A DNA stretch of 15,997 nucleotides from Azolla caroliniana (Eukaryota > Plantae > Polypodiophyta). Every line of letters begins with the position of its first letter. Position 1 is the stretch's first letter. The position numbers and the translations under genes are program-made. Shown here piece after piece: positions 1 to 9,925 of the stretch. The notes under the pieces were generated by a model, which ran no database searches, was not told the DNA's origin, and saw only the letters and a program-made list of their open reading frames with translations. Location: positions 1 through 15,997 of the forward strand of contig JBHGNT010000767.1 of NCBI GenBank assembly GCA_043228905.1, read 5' to 3'.

Positions 1-690
1 AAGAATTGTTTTTTGTCCTCATTCGAGAGAAATTGAAAACGCTCCCAATCAACCACACTTGTAGCTGGTCCTGAGTCCATTTTCCCCCACGATAAATGCG
101 GCCTAATACCTAAAACACAACCAGAGCTATCAATAAACAAATGATTCCACAACAATGGTTGTCTTAGAAATTGGGCTTCTGTTGATGGTAGTTGAAATAG
201 GAGAGCCTCTCTAATGTCCTTCCATGCCCTCAAAATACCTGTAAAAAATCATATACAACCAACATTTTGAGCCTTAATTGGAAATTCAAAATTAAACCAT
301 CTACAACTATCCTGCCACTGTCCTCCTATGGGAGGCTTAATGTTGCGAATATATAACAACCATAACTTTTTCCACAACTCATCCCCAAGCATAAATCCTT
401 TCACGGCATGCTTCACAAGAAGAACCTTACTCTAGAGCATAGGATCTATTAAGCCCAGTTCACCTTCACTTATTGATGGGATTAAAACCGGCCAAGCAAC
501 GTTTGCAACGACCCTTGATACCAGCAAAGCACCCCAAATAAAATTACAAACTAAGTGTTGTAATTTCAATATAGTAGAACGTGAAAATAACCAAGTTGAC
601 GCAATATACCACATTGACACGAGCAAAACCGAGTTTGCCACAACTACCATTCCTGGTAAAGACAAATTAGTTGTATCCCAATACTCATTT
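1..690 (-). mobile_element. Decayed L1-clade LINE ORF2 fragment (region C-terminal to the RT core); continues past the window start
   Basis: One minus frame reads YWDTTNLSLPGMVVVANSVLLVSMWYIASTW...KLQHLVCNFIWG...NVAWPVLIPSISEGELGLIDPML*SKVLLVK...ELWKKL...*FFTGILRAWKDIRE...RQPLLWNHLF. This matches the plant L1 pattern W..LS..GR..L.NSVL...Y...R.FLW...VAW.......GGLG. Only two stops: TAG 432-434 and TGA 249-251. Confidence 0.88.
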
Positions 691-749
691 GTTGTTGTTA
701 GTATAGGAATTTGGTGGTAATCATCTATGCTATCATGAGTTGTATTTAG

Positions 750-1133
750 GATCTACAAAGTCAAAATGGGGTATTTATATCTTCAGTACATGTTGAACCA
801 GATGCAAACAGAAAAAACTGTATTAACAACTTCGATCAAAAAAATGTTGCTCAATATCCTTATGGCTTGGTTGCCTTAGGTCACCAGTTATTCTCTTTGG
901 GACTGTCAGATATTCCCAAGGTTGATCCACACAGCAATTTAGCAGATGCTCTGAGGGATATGTATCAAAATATGGGAGATGCATTGGCATTACAATATGG
1001 TGGATCTGTAACTACTCATAATACTGTTTTTCTTAAGAGGTATGGAAGGGAAACCCTCACTTTGGGAGCTGGATTCTAATTATTCCTTAAATGTTGGGAG
1101 TAATGGTGATTATTCACATGCATATGATGCTTG
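750..1133 (+). pseudogene. Fragment of a SAC-domain phosphoinositide phosphatase gene (plant SAC1-5 / FIG4 type), non-functional
   Basis: QNGVF[11-aa insert]RKNCINNFDQKNVAQYPYGLVALGHQLFSLGLSDIPKVDPHSNLADALRDMYQNMGDALALQYGGSVTTHNTVFLKR, then a frameshifted EGKPSLWELDSNYSLNVG at 1045-1098. The family pattern from memory is [25 protein letters not shown].QL...MGDALA.QYGGS.AHN...EGKPALWELDSDY. Confidence 0.9.
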
Positions 1134-1363
1134 GTATAAGAAGTTGCTTTTCAAGTGTGGACTTAACTAAGGACTCCGTTTTAGTTGCACATAACCAATT
1201 ATGTAAAACTTACAAAGGAATATGCTTGTTGATGAGGCTGAGATGATCCCATATGAAAACATGTTTGTTTTGAATTTGTTGAGGTGTTTTTCCTTAATAC
1301 TACTGAAAAAAATCTTTGAAGAAAATAAATAAATTGTGAAACAAGTAATTACACTTTTTCCCC

Positions 1364-1887
1364 TTAAATCACATCAAACGTCTCGTCAAATATCTCACAT
1401 TGGATTCTGAGAGAACCATCATATTCACATACAAGGTGATGATGTGTCATTATTGGGTTGACCTCTCTCCGTGTCCACCGACTTGACATGAAATGTTTGC
1501 CAAAAGTCGATTGAGTACAACTTCTAAACCTACCTGGAAAAAAAGAGAAATCATGAAATTATGGTAATGCTATATATGATATAACAAAATTAGAGAAATA
1601 CTAACCTTCATCATCTAAGTCGAGTCGATTTGTTGGTGTCATAAACCCTAAATCCCTTTCTCAATCATGTAAATCAAGTTTACATTTAATTTTGAGAACT
1701 CATGGAAGCATAGGTAGTGATGATTAATGCATCTACCAAGAATTTATAGATGGGGGCTCATCAACAAGCAAGATTTCATGCTTGAGTGTGCCAATATCTC
1801 TCATGGTATAGACAGTGGCTACAAGTGTTGTTCGTGATGGTGATGGTGATGGTGATGGTGATATGTGTGTTGGTGTAGGTGTTGGTA
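1364..1887 (-). pseudogene. Decayed two-exon 3' end of an unidentified spliced gene (possibly a DNA-transposon gene)
   Basis: Minus-strand acceptor TTTATTTTTTAG (AG at 1889-1888); 282-nt phase1/phase1 exon 1887-1606 (PTPTPTHISPSPSPSPSR...LDDE) with 4 stops; 72-nt intron GTTAGT...TTTCTCTTTTTTTCCAG (1605-1534); open last exon to TAA 1366-1364; T-rich sequence after it. Confidence 0.4.
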
Positions 1888-2720
1888 CTAAAAAATAAAG
1901 TATGCGAACTCACACATAGAGAGAGCTCCTCAAACTATTGAGTTCATAAGATTTTAAGAACTATGTCTCCTAGAAATTGATGGCAGTAGTTTGTGGCCAG
2001 TATGACAATATGTATGCATGGTTCCCTAGAGACTATGAATAGGAGAAGGAAGAAGCTTCTTCACTTATAGAAAAAGTTGCCCCTCTTTACAATGTCAACT
2101 CAAGGGCCTTAATGGCACTATCGCTTCCATGGACCCTTGAACATCAGTACATCATGATAGTGTAGATCAACAAATTCCAAAACCTTCTACAAAGTCCTAT
2201 CTTTGGTCTTAGGATTATTGTACATCGTGTACATAAAAAGTTGTAAGTTCTTGGGCAGACAAGTTCAAGTTGTAGCCTTCAGACGCTTTTTCTTAAAACT
2301 ATTGAAGAATATCGTTTAAAGAGAAAGGAACTTGGTCTCCTATTTATGCCCCCTGTTGATTAGCTCCAAAGCCCTCATGATATTTCTTTACGACAAAGAG
2401 GATTGTAGGAATGGTTGTCAATAAATCATCAAATGGATCTATGTTTGCCTAAACATAAATGTCACTATGTATATATGTATTCTCTCATCATACAAAGTAG
2501 ATAGTGATTTTTTCCTAGTGTATAAATTACAAAGTGTGCATAAGCAAGCTAGGCTAAGAAGGACCTCCTAGATGGCTAGAGATGGAATGGTTCAACAATT
2601 TAATCTTGTCCAAGCACGAATACTATAACCATGACCATAATAGGTAAAAAAGTACATCATTACTAAACAAACCCACCACATCTTCTAGTTGAAAAATCTA
2701 AGCCCTAATAGGTACAGTCC

Positions 2721-2966
2721 AAATAAAACAACTTGTCCAAGTTGTGGTCGAGAATACCTAGTCCTAGACTACCATAAGAAGAAGAAAATGAAAGATATGA
2801 AGCTACTTCTTGTTGTGCCATAAAAGGTAGGAGTACATGTCATAAATAAAGCAACTTGTCCAAGTTGTGGTCGAGAATACCTAGTCCTAGACTTCCATAA
2901 GAATAAGAAAATGAAAGATATGAATCTACTACTTGTCGTGCCATAAGAGGTAGAAGCACATGTCAT
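2721..2966. repeat. Tandem duplication, 2 x 123 bp (2721-2843, 2844-2966)
   Basis: Direct alignment: 9 substitutions and no indels (about 93% identity). Confidence 0.95.
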
Positions 2967-3158
2967 GATATCGAGCTCTTCAAATAATGTAAAACTTAGA
3001 ATGAAATGTGTAAGGGACTCAAACTATTTATGGAAAAATTGTAAGCAAAACAAGTCAGAAACAAGTAAGCCCTCACAATTAAGGGGTTTATCAATAAATG
3101 GAGCAATATCGATAAATGTTTGAATTTGGAAGAATCCTTGTGTATCTCATTTTATACC

Positions 3159-3968
3159 TTTTTTTTCTCCCAAAAAAACACTACTTCGCATTAGTTAGCA
3201 AATAGAATATAGCAGAGTTTACCCGAAACCACAGTGGAATCAACATAGACAACTCAGTGGAACAACTCCAAAACTATAAAAAAATAGCAAAAACTCACGC
3301 GACCTGTAACTCCAACAAAACTAAAATAAACCCCATTTTACCACGTCTCTACTTCTCCCAATGAACTCTTTTATAATAAAGTTATCCGGTAACATGATTA
3401 TGCTAACCCACTTGTGCTTCAACTATACATACATAATTACATCCCATATACAATATTGGGAGCCATCGGCGGAAACAGCCGCCTAGGCGCCTGATAATTC
3501 CACTTAGGCCTCGTCGAAGATTTGACCATCATGGGAGAACTACCCCATTTTAGCAATAACTTTGACCTTGCCCTTTCTGCTTCATCTGATTCCTCCTTAA
3601 TCGAGTCATACCTTCAGCGCAACCAGGCCACAAGGTCAAACCAGATATTTAACATCACCTCCCCGCATGAGAGCTTTTGCTACTGAAAAACAAACTTACA
3701 ATGCCTGGTCTAAATGTGCCAGACCGATAAGTACACCACCATAAGCCAAATCTCCTCAAAAAATTCAAATTTGTGACAGGTCTCACCCCATCACAATGGA
3801 ACACATTACCACCCTGCATTATAATTTCATGTCCATGTGGGTTTAAATGTTCTGCCCAACTTTCCCCTTTTAGGGATAGTCCTTGTATGGAGCCCCACAC
3901 AACGTTCCCATTCACGCCACAACCACGATTCGAAGTCTTCTACTCCAAATGTTAATTGCCTCTATACA
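3159..3968 (-). mobile_element. 5'-truncated L1-clade LINE (ORF2 C-terminus, 3' UTR, short A-tail) with target-site duplication
   Basis: With frameshifts the minus strand reads CIEAINIW...VVWGSIQGL...EEIWLMVVYLSVWHI*TRHCKFVFQ...NIWFDLVAWL...PKWNYQAPRRLFPP...M* (stop 3439-3437), containing the L1 WxIWxxRNxxxF-type motif. It is followed by a T/G-rich 3' UTR and an A8 tail (T8 at 3159-3166). Flanking direct repeats: TATCTCATTTTATACC (3143-3158) and TGTCTCATTTTTATACT (3969-3985). Confidence 0.85.
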
Positions 3969-4584
3969 TGTCTCATTTTTATACTATGTTATTCATTAAC
4001 TAAATGATAACCATGTCCCTTTCACTCTTTAGTGGGTATAAACATTTATACATATTACCTTCTAACTCAATTACAATGTTAGTCTCTCTCTCCCCCCTCC
4101 CCTTCTCTCTACTTCTATTAGGAGTTTTGACTTTGGCCCCACATGAAAGCATCAGACGTGAGATGTCCAATGCATACTTAATAGTGACTGTGTGCAATAC
4201 CGAAATAAAATAAGGGACTTATCATCCAAACCTTCCCCGACTTCATTTCCAGTGCATTGAGTTTTCATGCTCAGTAATTCCCAACCTAGAAAGGTCTTTG
4301 TCATCCTCTAAAGAAATAACTAATTTTCTCTCATGTTGCATGTTATCTTCAAATATGTATTGTGGGGTAATCATCCTTACACTTATTTTCTAAAAAGTAG
4401 AGGTGTAGGCCCTAGGGTTCACATAATATATCATTTTGATCGATTTGACCTTTATTTACTTTTGCCAAAAATTTAGTATCTAGGTGTTTTCACATTGTGG
4501 GCTAAAATTATCACGACACCGTGATTTTGCAAAAAGTGTGGTTACATGAAGGCCATGATTATACGAAGGACCACCAAATGCAAG

Positions 4585-5078
4585 GAAGACAAAGCTATAG
4601 AGACAATCGTGGAGACTTTCAATTAGTTGGATGGGAAGAACATATAACGCTATCTATAAAGTCGAAATTCTTATGAGATACATATAAAAGAGCAATTGAG
4701 TAGCTTTAGAGTTCCATGGAGATGCAAGTGGAGAGTTGAAATTAGGAAGAAACCAAGAGAGGGATGCTCGAAGAGTATATTTCAATGACCCTCAAAAATG
4801 ACTAAGAAATGCCTAATGGACTAGGTCGAGTCGCATGACAAGAAAACAAAAAGTGCAACTCTCTTGGAGTTTGAGAAAATATTCAAGCGCTTCTCAACAC
4901 TACATAGGACGATCCTTGACTTGAGAAAAGTCTTATTATTTCTTGAAGTGGTGAATTCTAGAGACAAGAGGGACATGGGCCTCATGTTTGAGAATGACAA
5001 GGATTGTGCAATGGTGAAGAGAGCATGGCATCGCTTTGACAAGCGATGACAATGGGATGATGAGGCCTCTTCAAGCAC
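4585..5078 (+). mobile_element. Decayed LTR-retrotransposon (Ty3/gypsy-like) gag remnant
   Basis: Interrupted translation EDKAIETIVETFN*LDGKNI*RYL...MLEEY...KMTKKCLMD*VES...LLEFEKIFKRFSTL...KVLLFLEVV...MVKRAWHRFDKR*QW resembles the DGKN..(K/R)(F/Y)L...L.EEY...TK...WV...LL.EFE..F...KV.LFL Gag pattern that I recall from non-seed-plant elements. No pol or LTR pair seen. Confidence 0.55.
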
Positions 5079-7131
5079 CCTAGCTTGTGAAGAAAGACAT
5101 CAATCCAAAACTCATGGAATCATGTTTGGTCAACACTACGGAATATGTTGGATCCTAAACCAGACAATAGTTGTCAACATTACCTCTGGAATATGTTGTG
5201 TTATTTAGGCGATTAAAGTGTGATTAATGGACAAACCCACTCTTAAAATATCTCAAGTGGGATATGCTCCAACGTCATGGAAATAATTTCAATTACATCT
5301 TATTGAGTGTAATTTTCTCTGTTATAATAGAGAAGTCATAATCAAGGTTATTGTCATGGGGATGATAGCTTAAATAGTTAAAGCATACCGGGTTCATTGG
5401 TCAATATGTACTTGGGACATATTTAGTGTTTTTTCCTTTTACAAAAAATTGGTAAATAAACAAATATTAACCAAAAAAACAAATAATTAGCAATATTAAG
5501 TAAACAAATAATAGTTAAAAGAGTAATTAATTAATTAATTAATAGGTGAATAGCCTAATGCCAATTTGCCTAAATGGACCATTGTACCAAATTAGACTTC
5601 CATGACAAAAACCTATGATAGAATCGGCTTTGATTGAGACCCCTCTCCTAGTTCAAAACCCCCCATGGCTCCTACTCACTTTCAGTCTTACTTCTCTTTT
5701 GAGACATCACGCTTAAAGGATTCATAATTGTAGATGAGTGCATCAAAAGATAGTGTTGAGATCAATGTGACTGGGGAATGAAGCTTTATGGATTGTGCCT
5801 TTCAATCCCTCCGAATAGTCTTTTCCATCAAGTGTCCACACCACATTTTGATAAAAAAAACATTGAATGTCTGTATCTTGATTTTGCACATGTTTTTCAA
5901 TCTCCGATCTAATGCTAACATTTGATATTTGATGCCATTATTAGTTGGTTATGACTATCCATCGGTATCCAAGTTGTTTATGCAATTTGTGTTCCATTTC
6001 ATACTATATGAATGTGATGATGGCTATTGATGCTACAAATATTCAAAACATCCCGGAGTTAGCTAGTTCATGCTCATGAGTCATAAGCATACAATACTAA
6101 TTATTTATGCCTACTTACATACATATATGTGAAGTACTTCTGCATTGATGTGTTCCCATTTTATGCCACATATATGTGACTCTAGCTATTGATGTGACTT
6201 TGGATGATGACAAACTTATGCTAACCGTAAAATATTTGTAAGTTGCAATTTACATGGGTGAGGACCACTCTCTTATTTCCTTGAGCTTAATTTTAATTGA
6301 ATATGTATGGACAAATAAGAGAATATTGCCCAAAATATTGAATATTCTGTTGGGAATTTTCTCATTGGAAATTGTAATATACAACGCAAGAGCTCAAAGT
6401 GGGTCATTTACTTTTAGAAGATGTTCCAAATTACGTATTTCATTAGTAGACCATAAACAAGTTATAGCACCGAATAAATATTATCCATTTTATCAATCTA
6501 TGTATGCATTAAGAGATGACTAAGGTTTAAGCATATGATTTCATTGTCATATGACCTATCATTCAAAAGTTCTTGATGAGAGGAATAGATGGCACATCGG
6601 ATCTCTTGGACTATGCAGAATGTGCATACACACACATAAATCTTGTGGGTAGCATTGGACACATCCCAACATATGCATCAATTTTGGTGAAAGCCCATGT
6701 AAATGTTTAAAGTACCCAAGTTCTATTCTTCTTCTTCTTTTTGTTTTTGTTTTTTGGGTTACCATTAGACAAGAGCAAAGTGTTAATATAGTACATACAC
6801 AAAGAGAAAGTAATGTAAGTATGTGGGGCACATGGATTTTTCGTCTTTAGATATTTCGTAGTGATCACATGTTTCCAAAGCATCCTTCAGTTTAAATGGA
6901 CTATGTGTATATATTACCATACATAAATATATAGGAGAAATGTATTCAACACGCATATGTTAGTTATACATCATGGAGCCTTTTGGTCTCCTCTCTTCTA
7001 GACAAAGTGTCTCACATTAACAATAGTCTTTCTTGTTCTCATATTTTCTCATTGATCTCTTTGACTCTTCATTGTCTCGACTAGCCCCTTGAATTGGCTC
7101 ACCATGCCCATTTTGCTTCCCCTATCACCTT

Positions 7132-7189
7132 GGCCATAACAAATATATATATATATATATATTCTCCCAAAAGGCCATAACAAATATAT
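7132..7189. repeat. (AT)10 microsatellite (7143-7162) within a 17-bp direct-repeat pair GGCCATAACAAATATAT (7132-7148, 7173-7189)
   Basis: Exact repeat read directly from the sequence. Confidence 0.92.
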
Positions 7190-9925
7190 GACATTATCAA
7201 TTGAATTATTGTGATTATCTTACAATTCCAGCCATATTGATCATCTTATCACAATCAGAAGCAAACCTTAGGTCATGAATGCTTTATCATCCTTTTACAA
7301 TGAGAACCATTTAGAGAAAAAAAGTAATGAACACAAGGAGTGACCTAATCATCAAACAAACAAATGAGTGACCATGGTCATATTAATCATCTTCTCATTG
7401 CCAAACATCACATAAAATTTTATTTGAGCCATGAACATTTTATTTTCCACTTGCAAACAATCTCTTGAACAAGAATGGCATTGACCCATGAAGATGTTTT
7501 ACAATGAACACTATATTAAAAAGTCAAGCAATATTATCGAACGTCTTGTCACCACCATAGGCAAATCAACCTTTTTCTTAAATGTGTCAACCATATCATG
7601 ACTACTAAGATGAATTTATCTTTTTATCTTCCCTAAGTAGCAATGTATATAATTATGAGATTAAGGTAATGAACAATGATACAAATAAGTTTTATGTTGG
7701 AGAATTGAGATAATAAATATGTATTGAGTTGAGTTCTCAACAACTTAGGATTTACATCCATAAACTAAAAAAAAGGTTGCAAAGCACAATCGTGATTGCC
7801 AAGGGACACATATCCATATATTTGCCATTAAGTAATCCAAAATCAAGTAAGTGCATGCACATATAGGTTTAAAGGTAGTGTTTCACCTTCTGGTTTAACA
7901 TGTAATATCTAATTTTTATTAGGGAGAACCATGATCTCACGAACACCACCAAACTTTCTAGCTTATGACTCCTAAGAAAAAACATGTCCTACATAGAACA
8001 AAACGATCGCGGAATCATTTATCCTTTTATCCTATTTATGATGGCAACCTTCACCTAATTGATCATCCATCCATTTAAAGAGGAATGTGGCGCAATTTGG
8101 TTATATAGTATTCGAGTTGGCCATAATTGAAGTTTCTTAGGTAATGAATACATGACTGCAATTATTAGACTAGGCATCCCATAAATGAGCAAAATTTCAT
8201 CTCACTATACAAGGACTATAGATGGAGATCCTATAATCCATATACAGACAACTTGAAATGGTAGGCCAAGGTTAACAAATTGAGTCATGGTCGTTTTCTT
8301 TTCAATGCACTATAATTTAGTGATTGGCATGCCTTAAATGAGTCAATGTAATGAAGAGGACTAAAATTTGATTGGCTAAGCATGATATAAAAGAATTCAG
8401 AATTCAGCAATAGATAGGTTCACACCAACATATGATCGATGGGCTTGGAAAAATCAAAGCAAAAAAATACCTAAGTTGATACATTTCACACTTCAAAATT
8501 AGAAAAGCTCAACAAAGGTATCGTGGATTATGGTTACACTATAATGAACACTATATGAGACTATTACCCCCATGCATATGCACCATTACATGTAAGGATA
8601 TGCATGGGGACACCCTACTAACGTATAAGGGGATCATAAACCCCTTGTGTCTATGTGCGACACACGTGTATGGGGAGGCATGAGTTGTATGCCATCTAGA
8701 TTGTTTGCATCCTCGAACCAAGTAACTTCTGAGGTTTTCACTAGAAAGAACCGAGTACATGGTAAGAGTTGCCCACACCCTTATCCCCCATATAATAAAT
8801 TAGGTGTCCAAATTGCTTTCTTGCAACAACTCACTCAAGGTCTTTTACATACAACCCAAATCTAGTAGATTCACAAATTCAATGTAAATAAACATAGTTA
8901 TTAAAGGTGAGCTATAGGTTCTATTTTATACAGAAAGCAATGAACATGTACACACCATGACCATAAATATCGCAAAGAGTGTGACGTCAAATGGTACTCA
9001 ATAAGCACATATATGCATCATTATCATTAGCTTAAGGTTTTGGGGATAAGATGGAGTCCTCAAAACAATTACTAGAAAGAGCCCGCATAAAAGTAAGACT
9101 AAAAAAAATGTTTTGCCTCACCTATTTTCCACATCCATATTTCCTAATATGAGTTTTCTCAAGAAAGAGCCAGCATACATAGTGGATGGACATTCTCTAT
9201 GACTTACTACAAAGAGTGTTAGATTTTATACGAGATAAAAAGATAACTTTGCGTGATGTTTCCCCATGGTGATTAACATTAGGAAGCTCCACACGCTTCA
9301 CTATGTGCGATGCGAGCATCTAACATAGGCATTAATGAACATTTTTCCCCTCGTCGTATGTGTCCCTACATTCATTGTTCAATACTTCGCAAATGATGAT
9401 TGATGGGATGAGTCATGACAAGGGCAGCGACATCCCAGGCAACCCATCACTCCCACAATGCATGGAGCCAAATGTTAGGCCCTGATATGATAGAGATTTC
9501 AAACTTCTCGCGTCAATGAAGTATTCGAGTTGCAACTCTTGGTGAGATGCACTTTTCCGAGGGTCTAAGCCAAACAAAATACACAGACACACACATATTA
9601 TTCCCTACAGAGGTAACACCAACTACCAACAGACAAGTAGCTTTCAAGGATCTAAGAGCCGAATACACAATAGGCATATACGTATTCCTGGCTGGTACTA
9701 CGAAGAATACCAAGAGACGAACATGGTACGAGTTGGTGTGTGCGAGGTCCCTATCGTGGTGTTTGTACATGGATAGTGGGCAAAATGGCTATAGGACTTC
9801 CTCTTCACTAAAAGGGCCAATGAAACGAATGACATTCTAGTGACCCCCTCACACACATACATCATCTCTCTAGCATGCAATTGCCCCCTCCCCACACGTA
9901 TATTCTATTTCATTTTCTCAATGCA

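Noticed and set aside
1640-1655. 16-nt identity CATAAACCCTAAATCC with 11339-11354
   Set aside because: Centred on the very common telo-box/telomere-like motif, with no extension on either side.
2769-2966. Minus-strand 65-aa ORF with an internal repeat
   Set aside because: By-product of the 123-bp tandem duplication; its hydrophobic look is just the complement of an A/G-rich strand.
2721-2966. CRISPR-like reading of the palindromic repeat
   Set aside because: Only two adjacent units with no spacers, eukaryotic context, and no cas genes.
4000-4390. Minus- and plus-strand ORFs next to the LINE
   Set aside because: They lie outside the TSD and I cannot match the peptides to any family.
5700-7620. 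ORFs 6254-6523 and 6559-6831 and other short protein-like frames
   Set aside because: No recognisable domain or splice structure; probably heavily decayed repeats that need a database search to classify.
8551-9895. ORFs 8551-8778, 8647-8865, 9513-9770, 9547-9840 and 9698-9895; also a complete solo LTR at ~8591-8894
   Set aside because: The ORFs are short, overlapping and motif-less. The TG...CA ends I tried had no matching 4-6-bp TSD, so no LTR feature was called.
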